Shown: in pieces, positions 35,180 through 46,898 of the stretch
How the letters are laid out: every line of letters begins with the position of its first letter
Position numbering within the stretch: position 1 is the first letter of the stretch
Assembly (NCBI GenBank): GCA_032718475.1
Contig: JAUCBJ010003514.1
Coordinates: 11,586-75,585 of the forward strand
Direction: 5' to 3'
Origin: Nemertoderma westbladi
Lineage: Eukaryota > Animalia > Xenacoelomorpha
Length of the DNA: 64,000 bases
Position numbers and translations under genes: made by a program
The notes under the pieces: model-generated
What the model saw: only the letters and a program-made list of their open reading frames with translations
What the model was told of the DNA's origin: nothing
Databases searched by the model: none

Positions 35180-38100
35180 ATGAGCATGAACTCGAACCAT
35201 CTTGAACCGAAATACACTGCTGTATGTTTGTATAATGCTCGATCCATTAATAACAAAGCGGCAATTATTAAAGATCACATTGTAGATGATAGAATAGACA
35301 TCCTTGCGATAACGGAAGCGTGGTTAAAGGGTGATGAGAGCGATAACCAAGTAACAAACGAAATATGTCCTAAAGGATACGTTATAGAACACAATCCTAG
35401 AACAACCACGAGAGGTGGAGGAGTAGCTTGTGTTTTCAAACGGTGTCTCAAATTAAAAACGTGTGCCGCTAGTGAGTTTGTGTATTCTACATTTGAATAT
35501 ATTGAATTAACATTCACCCAACTTGGATCTGTTATTAGGCTTATTATATTGTACCGCACCTGCCCTTCGCCTAAAAACGGACTCACTGCAGCATTATTCT
35601 TTGAACAATTCGCTGAGTTTCTGCAGCACATTATAGTTCTTCCGGGTAGAATACTATTATTGGGTGATTTTAACTTTCATGTTGATGTCTGCGATAACAA
35701 GGATGCCGCCGAGTTTCTTGACATTTTAAATTGCTTTGGATTGGTACAGTTAGTAAATCAACCAACCCACATAAAGGGCCATACACTAGATCTGGTGCTA
35801 GTACACACTGACGACCAGAATATCGTTTGCAACGTTTTTGTACGAAATATAGGTTTATCCGACCACTTTGCAGTCTACTTTAACTTGAATTTCACTAAAC
35901 CAGCCGATATATCACAGACAATAAGTTACCGAAATATAAGTAAAATAAACGGTAATCTGTTTTTGGAGGATTTAAAACATTCACCAGTATGCGACTCTCC
36001 TTCTGGTGATATTAATGGAGTTATTAAAATGTATAATGATAACCTAATGAACATACTCGATAAACACGCCCCATTACAAACAAAAACTGTTTCCATGAGG
36101 CCGAAGGCAAATTGGTACACTGATGAGATTAACGACGCAAAAAGAAAACGCAGAAGATTGGAGCGCCGATATCGAAAGACGAATATCTGTGCTGATTGTA
36201 TCGCCTATCGCCTACAGTGCACGGTGGTTGCCAATACCATAGCGTCAGCAAAAGAGACATATTATAGTAACATTATAAAGAATAATGCAGGTGATCAACG
36301 AAAACTATTTTCAGTGGCTGCCAAAATACTTTATCGTAAAAACAAAAGTACATTGCCTTCACACGAGGATGATGAAAAGTTGGCGAACAGGTTTATGGAA
36401 TTCTTTGACAAGAAAATAAAGGATATTAGATATGACTTATTATCTGGAAATGGCGGTTCTACTTCACGGGGCGTTGATGATCTGGGGGCTCCTACGGAGG
36501 GCGCTATCAAACTGGGTGTTCCTACGGGGGGCGCTACTGAATTGGGCATTCCTACGGGGGGTGATACTGGACTGGGCGCTCCTACAGGGGAATCATCCGA
36601 CCAGGGCGTTCCTACGGGGGGAGCATCTGACCTGGGCATTCCTACAGGGGGTGCTGCTGGACTGGGTGTTTCTACGGGGGGTGCAACTGGACTGGGCGTT
36701 CCTACGGGGGGCTCATCTGAACTGGGCATTCCTATTGGGGGACCATCTGACCTGGGCATTCTTACGGGTGAAGCATCGGATCTGGGTGTTCCTACAGGGG
36801 GCGCTAGTGAACTGGGCGTTCCTATGGGGGGCGCAACCAACCTGGGCATTCCTACGGGGGGTGTTACTGGACTGGGCGCTCCTATGGGGGGGGGGGGGCT
36901 ACTGAACTGGGCATTCATACGGGGGCCGCTACGGGACTGGGCATTCCTACGGGGTGCGCAACTAACCTAGGCATTCCTACGGGGGGCGCTACGGGACTGG
37001 GCGTTCCTACGGGTATGGGGGGCGCAACCAACGGTAAAGGAAACAATATTCCCAAATTGGAACACTTTAATAAAATAACAATGGATGAGGCAGAAAAGCT
37101 AATAAAGAACTCAAAATCTAAATCTAGTACCATGGATCCGATTCCCACGCAATTAGTAAAACATTCAATAAAATTGTTGCTACCAGTGATTATGTTAATT
37201 ATTAATTTATCAATTACAACTGCTACTGTGCCGACTCTATTCAAGGAAGCTGTGTTAACACCAGTCATAAAGAAAGCACGATTAAACCCTGAGATACTTA
37301 GGAACTTTAGGCCGGTGTCTAATCTGATATATTTAGCAAAGTTAACAGAAAGGGTGATTGCAAACCAGCTGATGACTCATATGAACATAAATAAATTGTA
37401 TGAACCTTTACAGAGCGCGTACAGACCCTTACACGGAACGGAGACCGCGTTGCTTAAGGTAAGCGACGACATATTACGCGAAATCAATTCGGGATCGGGA
37501 GTACTTCTCGTCTTATTAGACCTTAGTGCTGCCTTCGACACGGTCGACCACGTTAAACTGTTGGACACTCTAGATCGAGAAATCGGGGTTGAGGGAATCG
37601 CCCTGGACTGGTTCAGATCGTACTTGTCGAATAGGTCACAACAGGTTCGCATTAATGCAAAATATTCGAACCGGTTGGATTTGCTGTACGGGCTGCCACA
37701 AGGATCGGTACTTGGGCCTATATTATTTTCGATATACACTCGTTCGCTTTCAAATGTTATTCGCAACCACGGCCTCTCGTATCATTTGTACGCGGACGAT
37801 ACACAGCTATACATTAGTTTTAAACCTATTAATTCGTCCGTCGCTGTTGAGGTGACTGAACGTTGCGTGGCCGATGTAAAGAAGTGGATGGAAGATAATT
37901 TATTGAAAATGAACTCAGATAAAACGGAGATTATCCTTCTGCAGTCCCGTTTCGGTAAACAACTAACGCCCCCTAACATACAAATAGGGGATGACCTGAT
38001 CAGCTGCAGCGACAAGGCACGTAATATAGGTTTCATCGTGGATTCAAATCTGACATACAGCAATCAAATAAGTACAACGGTCCGAGATGCATTTCTTCAT

Positions 38101-38417
38101 CTTCGAAGTTTGGCTAAAATTAAACGGTACCTCAGCAGACATGACCTTGAAATCTTAATTCACGCCTTTGTCACAAACAAACTCGACAGCAACAACTCAT
38201 TATCCGGGATTTAAGACCTCCACGACAATTACGGTCTGCTGATAAGGGACTTCTAATTGTACCGCAGTTTTACTTGCATAATTACGGGAGACGGGCGTTC
38301 TCAATTGCGGCACCAACAATCTGGAACTCCCTCCCGCAAGAAGTTAGAGATGCCACGACGCTGACTCTGTTTAAATCGCGACTCAAAACTCACCTGTACA
38401 AAGAGGAATATTGCTGA
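35180..38417 (+). pseudogene. LINE ORF2 (APE endonuclease plus RT), with a poly-G frameshift and a 226-bp deletion
   Basis: YNARSI, ITEAWL, GDFNFH, TLDLV, SDHF; FRPVSNL, LDLSAAFDTV, GLPQGSVLGP, YADDTQ. Frame break at ~36886-36898; deletion with filler at 38204-38215. Confidence 0.92.
36480..37030 (+). repeat. 30-bp coding minisatellite within LINE ORF2, ~18 units
   Basis: CTGGGC(A/G)TTCCTACGGGGGG... encoding LG(I/V/A)PTGG(A/S)(T/S)(E/D/G); also at ~47583-48133. Confidence 0.95.
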
Positions 38418-38825
38418 TTTTTATTTAATATTGTTCAAACTTTTTAGTTATTAATTAATTCTCTGTACGTAGCCTTTTTAGTTGGTTTCAAATAGTTTTT
38501 AAGCGCCTTGAAATATGTTCAGAAAGGCGCTATATAAATATATATTATTATTATTATATAAAATGGTTGTTAAATAAACCGCTGTTAAATAGCGGTTTTT
38601 AGATTTGGAAACACCATTCAATGGTGCATTAATAACCATAAAAAAAATTTAAGGGTCGAAATTTTCAAACTCTCACATAATGATAGCAATCATAAATAAT
38701 TAATGTAATAAAGTTAAAACGGCAATGAAAAATTCATTGATCTGTTCTTTATTTAGAACGATTATAACTTTTGGGGTTCAAGTCTCCCTCACTCACCCTA
38801 CCTACTGTTGTATGTATTTATTAAT

Positions 38826-38990
38826 AGTACCTAACTTATCTAGACTTTGCTGATGACTTATGAGTACTCTCAGAATCACTAGAGGGAGCCCAATGGCTCC
38901 TTAGCTCATTAGAACATGCGGCTTCTAGTGTTGGTCCTTTTATTAACTCTAGAAAGACCACAATTTTGACAGTTAACTTTGAAAGTCCTA
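38826..38990 (+). mobile_element. RTE RT fragment, same family as 5240-7040
   Basis: YLDFADDL*VLSESLEGAQWLLSSLEHAASSVG..INSRKT, near-identical to the reverse complement of ~5335-5495. Confidence 0.8.
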
Positions 38991-39330
38991 AAATGCTTTA
39001 GAAGCTGTACTACTGTGTACATATCTACTGTATAAATGCTTTAGAAGCTGTTGTACGGAGTAGGCCTATATATCTATCAATTATTTATAATCTGTTGCAC
39101 TTGTCTACATATACAGTATGCTTTAAAAGCTGTTGTACATATCCACTGTATAAATACTTTTGAAGCTGTGGCACATATTGTTAAGTATATATAAAAGATT
39201 TAGAATCCTGTTGTACATATCTATATACTGCATAAATGCTTTAGAAGCTGTACATCTACTGTATAAATGCATTGGAAGCTGTAGCACAAAGCTCAATATA
39301 TAAATCTTTTAGAAGCTGTTGTACATAACA
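38990..39330. repeat. Degenerate ~35-45-bp tandem repeat
   Basis: Recurrent TATAAATGCTTTAGAAGCTGT(TGT)ACATATCTACTG. Confidence 0.8.
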
Positions 39331-39509
39331 ATTATTTTACGCATTCAAGTTGGTCTCGATACTGAAAATGTTATAGAGCAAGCGAAACCGTTCTAAAATT
39401 CGCTGGACGGCAAGTTACAACAAACAATTGGTTTAAATCTCTAGAGTTAGCAAAGCGCAAACAATTAACTCGTCTTGGCACAATCAAAATGGAAAGTGGG
39501 GAGATTTGA

Positions 39510-39640
39510 TTACGTAAGGGAAAGGCGTGGGCAGCGTTGAATAGGCTTTCCAGGATTTGGAAGTCACAGATAATTAATCGGAAACTTAAGGTCCGATTAT
39601 TTAGAGCAGCAGTAGTTCCAGTACTCCTCTACGGGGACAG
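39510..39640 (+). mobile_element. RTE LINE post-RT fragment
   Basis: RKGKAWAALNRLSRIWKS..INRKLKVRLFRAAVVPVLLYG. Confidence 0.7.
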
Positions 39641-40292
39641 AGCGATCTCAGCAACTAAGCGAAAACGAACAATAAGATGTTTCTAGACCCCCACTCCCCC
39701 CCCCCCCCCCCCTCCCAAAAAAATTAATTACAAGACTTTTTCCCATGTACATTGCGTTTGAAAAGTCTACGGTTCTCAGGCTACGTCCGACTTGAGTCAA
39801 AAATTTCTCTTCCCGCTAGCAACCTCGTTGCTATAGAGATAAGCCCAGAACCGCTAATGCACGAACTTGGGACCGGCACCAATCTGTAGGCAGCATATGA
39901 TTTGCATGCACATCCTTTTTTGGAGTCGCCCAATCATGATCTTGGCCGTGATCAGCACAGATCGTTTCTGATCAAATATCGAACACTCAAAAATTGCTCC
40001 CTATGGAAAAATGTATGGAAAAAATTAAAAAGGTTCCTCACCATCGATTAAGTGGGGGTAGCCACTTTTTTTTTAAAAGAAAAAAGTATCTTATTAGTAT
40101 CTTATGCGCACAACTTATATATAAATATATATAATATAATATATTATAATACGAATAATACGTTTTACTGTGGATAATCTGGATGTATAAATAACTACCT
40201 AAGACAATCACTATACATCTATATTTTAAAAGACAAGTTTTTGTAGAGCACACCGAGACAAACAATAACGCTAGTCATTGTATATACAATAA

Positions 40293-40933
40293 CAGGGCTG
40301 GATTAAGGCCTAGGCTAGCTAGGCTATAGCCTAGGGGCCCCCCGACTTTTTGGGGCCCCCACTTCCAATAACATATAAAGGAGGTGCAAATGATGGCGGC
40401 GGAGTCTATTAAACCCGCGACCATGGCGGCGGAGTAAGGTCACCCATGGAATACTAAATATAGATATTTACCGTAGATTTAGATATTTTCTATATTTAGT
40501 ACTGTATTCCATGGGTCACCAGATGCCTGGTTTGGTTATGCTCTGGTTTGGGATTCGCGATATATGACTGCTGTAGTTCATTGAATGACTGTTGATATCT
40601 AACCATTTCATTCAAAATTAAAATATTATTATAATATCGGATTAGAATCTATTACTGTAGGGTGTAATTTTGACACTTTCCAATATTATAGAAATCGGAT
40701 TTACTAAAACGATTCCCATTGTATTCTTATTATGTTCCAGATAACACCCCATGAAGTCAATATTCCCCGTAGATGAGGCGCCTTTAGTAATTATACTTAT
40801 ATGCGCGGCATTCCAAAACAATAATTAAAATTCATTCAATTCAATCAATCAATCAAATTCCTTCAATTATAATTCACATGTATTTCAATCATATACAGTA
40901 GGCCTAATTACCACTCGAGGGAGGGCTGAACCC

Positions 40934-40968
<35 letters not shown>

Positions 40969-41057
40969 ACGTTCCCTGTTGCCAAAGGGCGAGGGTCAAT
41001 AAATTGTCATTAACCTACAGTACGGGTCATTAGCCCCAAAACCTTAATCCGGCCCTG
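40293..41057. mobile_element. 765-bp non-autonomous DNA transposon with 16-bp TIR
   Basis: CAGGGCTGGATTAAGG ... CCTTAATCCGGCCCTG (15/16 match); absent at the paralogous site 8521-8545. Confidence 0.88.
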
Positions 41058-43466
41058 TAATTGTTCCGAGCCAAAAGTATAAGCCATAGCAGCACTAGAG
41101 TAGGTCATGCAATATTAATCAAGGAATTCATAATTATTATGTATACTGTATTAAAACCGAACCACTACAGAACCAATGGGCCTTCTGCTTTTCTAATTCA
41201 AGGAATGAAAACCAAGTACAAAGTGTTGGGAATTAAAAAACCACAGGGTAACCAAGGATGACAACAAAATAAACGTAATTAGTCATGCCAATCATTTTGT
41301 CATAAACATATTATTGTGAGCTATTTAATCATGCAAAGCCACTGTTGGATTTAAATTCGCGGTAGTCTACAGTACTTCTCGTGTTTTTACTTATGTTAGG
41401 CCTAGGCTACTTAATTAATTCTTTATATAAAACTATTATTAATCATATTGCTGATTCAAGCATCTATGTTAAAACATTTATTTAAACCAATTATTTATCA
41501 CAGAGAATAATAAATCATTAAAGTGTTTCTAAATATGATAGAAATGTTTCTGAATTACATAAGCTTGTATCACAACGATAATACATTTACAATTTTAACC
41601 AATGTGTCTGTCCAAATATGTATATGAAATACAGTATTTCACTATTCCGGGACAGAATCTACAGTATATACTGTACACTAGGTATCTGCGATTTCGTCCA
41701 GGCCACTGAGTACTGAAGGTTGCGCCAACTGTGTTGATAACAAGATAAAGGCATAGCTTTGTACGGATGTATAAGAGATGGTTCTCGCGTGTTTGCGATA
41801 GAGTAAAAGGTTAAAGTTACAGTGCACGAGAAATCCGTTGTATATTGTCTGAAAGCACTTTGACACTTACATTGTGGGGCGAGCCAAGCAGTCAGGGCGA
41901 GCCACGCAGTCAGGACGAGCCACGCAGTCAGGGCGAGCCTTAGCGCACAATTATAATTAGTAAATGGGCAAAATTTTATGCCCCTCTGTCTGTCTGTCTG
42001 TCTGCCTGTCTCTGTGCCTTTCTGTCTGTCTAGGTCTGTCTGCCTAGGTCTGTCTGTCTCTCTGTCTGTCCGTCCGTCCGTCCAGATCAAATCGAACTTG
42101 CTCAAGTTCGCGTGCTGCGTGACGCCCCAGAAATTTGTTCCTATTGCCTTTAGCACCCCAAATCCAACCAACACCAAAAAAGGTACTACAATAGAAAGAA
42201 TTATACTTTTCATGCTTTTCACTTTTTTTACTTATTATGCCCCTTATAATTGGTTTAATGCCTTATATAATTTTACTACTTTTTATGCCCTGTATTTTTC
42301 CCCATTTTCCCAAAATAGTGGAGAGTTTGGGAAGAATTGGATAAGTGTAAACAACTGAAGGTACGCGCTGCAGTTATAGGTACAAAAATTTAAAATTACG
42401 AATTCGTAGGATAGAAATAAAAGGGGAACAAATAGTGTTTGACCTACATATTATATGCTTCGTACTCTACTTCTTAAATGAGAACTACTGTGCAGTAGAT
42501 GATCAATTGTTGTGATCCAATTATCACCTGACTCATTTAATTATTATGGAATTTTTGAGAGATTCAAAAACATACATTTTTTATGCTCTGTGGGGGGACT
42601 TTCGACGCAGTAAAAAATTATCCCTCTCCAGGGGAATTCGACGCAAATAACAGCTGATTACTGCAAAAATAAAACTGTAACCTGTTTTCATTGAGTTCGT
42701 TTATTATTTTGGTTAGAATGACGTTTTACTGTAACCTACTCCTTTCCCTAAATTGAGAATAACATTTTAGGTTATAAAATTTTAGAATATTTGAAATAAT
42801 GACGGTCCTTTACCTGTATAATAATATAATGCATTCCCTTTTTTAAATAACTATCGGTGCAAGCACCATACAGTAAACTGTACATGGTTTGTAATCCGTA
42901 AGGAACTAATTCCCCCTCCAAGTGACAAGAAAGTCCCTCTGGGTCAATAGCCCAAAAGAAGCAGGCCCAAGAAAGCTGCAAAGTTTTATTTGTAATTGTA
43001 ATTGAAATAGGCCTACTGTAGTGAATTGAATTTCTTACTTATCAGTATTAATTGTTAATTTTGATTGGTAATAGTGAATTATAGTAATTATTTAAATCGA
43101 TTTGCATTTGCAATCGAGATAATTAATGTGTTGAAATTTCAGAGAGTTTCTCACATAGACGGGTGTATTTGCGAAATTGAAATTCAAAAGAAGCAGTCTG
43201 ACAGTGAAGTCTCAATTCTGCCAGCCCTAAAAAATACAGGGTAGAAAAGTACATATATAGGGCATAAAAGTACTTATGAATGGTAGATCTTTTAGGCTCG
43301 CTGCTAAGCCATGGAACGCCTGTTCACCCGTTACACAGTTACCCCCCCCCCCCCCCCCCCCCCAGTCTGATTCCCAAGTTGCCTTGGTTCCAATTCATTG
43401 GATTAATTGGAAGAGTACGGGAATGTCACCACTAGACCAAGTTGCTGCGAGCAGCAAAGTTGTAGT

Positions 43467-45599
43467 GGGACAGTCTAAATGCGTTCAGTGGGCAGTGGAA
43501 CAATCTATATGGCGTTCAGTTGCTGTAGGACAGTCTATATGGCGTTCAGTTGCTGTGGAACAGTCATTCTGGCGTTCATTGGCCAGTGGCACAGTCTAAA
43601 TGGCGTTCAGTGGCTGTGGGACAGTCAATATGGCGTTCAGTTGCTGTGGGACAGTCTGTATGGCGTTCAGTGGCCAGGGGGACAGTCTTTAGGGCGTTCA
43701 TTGGCCAGTGGGGCAGCAGTCTATATGGCGTTCAGTTGCAGTCGGACAGTCTATATGACGTTCAGTTGCTGTGGAACAGTCTGTATGGCGTTCAGTGGCC
43801 AGTGGGACAGTCTTTAGGGCGTTCATTGGCCAGTGGGGCAGCAGTCTATATGGCGTTCAGTTGCTGTGGGACAGACTTTGTGGCATTCATTGGCCAGTGG
43901 GACAGTCTATATGGCGTCCAGTTGCTGTGGGACAGACTTTGTGGCATTCATTGGCCAGTGGGACAATCTATATGGCGTTCAGTGGCCAGTGGGACAATCT
44001 ATATGACGTTCAGTGGCCAGTGGGACAATCTATATGGCGTTCACTGGCTGTGGGACAGTCAATATGGCGTTCAGTTGCAGTGGGACAGTCTGTATGGCGT
44101 TCAGTGGCCAGTGGGACAGTCTATATGGCGTTAAGTTGCTGTGTGACAGTCTGTATGGCGTTCAGTGGCCAGTGGGACAGTCTTTGTGGCGTTCATTGGC
44201 CCGTGGGACAGTCTATATGGCGTTCAGTGGCCAGTGGGACAATCTATATGGCGTTCATTTGCCAGTGGGACAGTCAATATGGCGTTCAGTTGCTGTGGGA
44301 CAGTCTGTATGGCGTTCAGTGGCCAGTGGGACAGTCTTCGTGGCGTTCATTGGCCCGTGGGACAGTCTATATGGCGTTCAGTGGCCAATGGGACAATCTA
44401 TATGGCGTTCACTGGCTATGGGACAGTCAATATGGCGTTCAGTTGCTGTGGGACAGACTTTGTGGCATTCATTGGCCAGTGGGACAGTCTATATGGCGTT
44501 CAGTTGCTGTGTGACAGTCTGTATGGCGTTCAGTGGCCAGTGGGACAGTCTTTGTGGCGTTCATTGGCCCGTGGGACAGTCTATATGGCGTTCAGTGGCC
44601 AGTGGGACAATCTATATGGCGTTCATTTGCCAGTGGGACAGTCAATATGGCGTTCAGTTGCTGTGGGACAGTCTGTATGGCGTTCAGTGGCCAGTGGGAC
44701 AGTCTTTGTGGCGTTCACTGGCCCGTGAGACAGTCTATATGGCGTTCAGTGGCCAATGGGACAATCTATATGGCGTTCACTGGCTATGGGACAGTCAATA
44801 TGGCGTTCAGTTGCTGTGGGACAGTCTGTATGGCGTTCAGTGGCCAGTGGGACAGTCTTTAGGGCGTTCATTGGCCAGTGGGACAGTCTATATGGCGTTC
44901 AGTGGCCAGTGGGACAACCTATATGGCGTTCAGTAGCCAGTGAGACAATCTATATGGCGTTCAGTAGCCAGTGAGACAATATATATGACATTCAGTTGCT
45001 GTGGGACAGTCTATATGACGCTCAGTTTCTGTAGGACAGTCTATATGGCGTTCAGTTGCTGTGGGACAGTCTGTATAGCGTTCAGTGGCCAGTGGGACAG
45101 TCTTTAGGGCGTTCATTGGCCAGTGGGACAGTCTATATGGCGTTCAGTGGCCAGTGGGACAGTCTTTATGGCGTTCATTGGCCAGTGGGACAGTCTATAT
45201 GGCGTTCAGTGGCCAGTGGGACAACCTATATGGCGTTCAGTAGCCAGTGAGACAATCTATATGGCGTTCAGTAGCCAGTGAGACAATATATATGACATTC
45301 AGTTGCTGTGGGACAGTCTATAGGACGCTCAGTTGCTGTGGGACAGTCTGTATAGCGTTCAGTGGCCAGTGGGACAGTCTTTAGGGCGTTCAGTAGCCAG
45401 TGAGACAATCTATATGGCGTTCAGTAGCCAGTGAGACAGTCAATATGGCGTTCAGTTGCTGTGAGACAGACTTTGTGGCATTCATTGGCCAGTGGAACAA
45501 TCTATATGGCGTTCAGTGGCTGTGGGACAGTCTATATGGCGCTCAGTTTCTGTAGGACAGTCTATATGGCGTTCAGTTGCTGTGGGACAGTCTGTATGT
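43467..45599 (+). repeat. 30/31-bp satellite array, copy B
   Basis: Same monomer and flanks as 10470-12181, but longer and with a different variant order. Confidence 0.97.
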
Positions 45600-46898
45600 C
45601 AATAAGACAATGAACCATAACCATATCATAAAAAGCATTCGGAAAATTAGTTACCAATCTCCTAATTGATGAATATGTACAAAAATTTGTAGGATATTTC
45701 TTTATTGAAGTCACCACTTAAAATTATTACTTAGATTAGATAGTAAGTAGTCTTACAAGAAGACATTAAACTTATTGAAACTGTGAATTCAATCTACAAA
45801 AATGGAAATGAATTTGGTTAGTGTTATGTGTTCTTATCTGTAGTATATCACTCACTGTTATTGTATAGATATAGGCCTGGCCTAATTTGATAAGGTAATA
45901 AATGAAAAAAATTAAAATTTGAAAAATAAAAATAAAAAATGTTGCAATGGAACAATTTTTGAATAATTTGGGGAGTTCGACCTTATGCAAATCTACACCA
46001 ACGGATGTTAACACATCGGTTGCTAACTACTGTATGACGCAACTTTATCGAGAGTTTTGGATATTCATGCGCCACTTAAATAAATCATCGCCTGAAATCA
46101 TTGAACTCAAAATTGCATTATTAACATACTGTACAACTAACTGGATTCATCGAGTTAGTTCATGAATATCTATTGGTGCCTTAAATACCACCACGTCAGC
46201 TAAGATCGAGTATTATTATTAATATATTATTATTATTAATATATTATTATTATTAATAATATATTATTATTATTATTATTAATATATTATTATTATCATT
46301 ATTAATATATTATTATTATTATTATTAATATATTATTATTATTATTATTAATAATAATAATAATCTTAATATATATTATTTTTATGATACATTGATAGAT
46401 TAACTAGGAGTGACTGCATTCCTTATATTAATTTTATATACACGTAATTCCTACTTTAGGTGGTTAATTGATAAAAAGACTTCAAAGAATTCTATAATAC
46501 GAAATAAATACAGTATATTATAATTATACATATTACTATGTAATTAGCAGGTGGTTTTCTTCTCTCTGGTAATTGGTTGTTGTTTCTTGGTTGTCTGCAA
46601 CGCATGCACACCAAAGGCGATTGGCACATCGGGTTGCAGGGCTGAAAACACCTACTGTGACCATGGTGCATGTCTTACGGATAAGTTTGAGCCCACAACC
46701 CCATTCGTAGGGATGGTGGCCCGTAGGCGTCGGGGACTGAATGCTAACGCGTACTGTCTATGTGGATCTAAACTCGGTGACCAGGAATACGATGGAAGCA
46801 CTGGATGCGGTGAGTCTATTTATTATAGAAATTAAATTAACCTGTCTCTAAGTCTACAGATAAGACAGTAGGTGTTGCACACAATCTACCTTAAAGGT
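44608..46898 (+). repeat. 2.3-kb unit duplicated at 49574-51864 (offset 4966)
   Basis: Satellite end, unique spacer, TAT tract and exon appear identical by eye in both units. Confidence 0.92.
46551..46809 (+). CDS. Extra copy of the signal-peptide/module-1 exon
   Basis: Same sequence and splice sites as 51517-51775; the downstream intron is replaced by LINE sequence after ~90 bp. Confidence 0.7.

Larger units (their letters stand above)
34170..38560 (+). mobile_element. L2/CR1-group LINE, nearly full length
   Basis: ORF1, ORF2 (APE plus RT), 3' stem AGCGCCTT...AAGGCGCT and a (TAT)n tail. Confidence 0.93.
31803..38798. mobile_element. ~7-kb composite bounded by a perfect 17-bp TIR, probable TA target site
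   Basis: GGGTGAGTGAGGGAGAC (31803-31819) and GTCTCCCTCACTCACCC (38782-38798) followed by TA; the copy-B left end at 63511 is preceded by TA. No transposase seen. Confidence 0.6.

Noticed and set aside
36886-36898. Programmed frameshift in LINE ORF2
   Set aside because: One-base difference in a G homopolymer relative to the in-frame copy; slippage or sequencing error is more likely.
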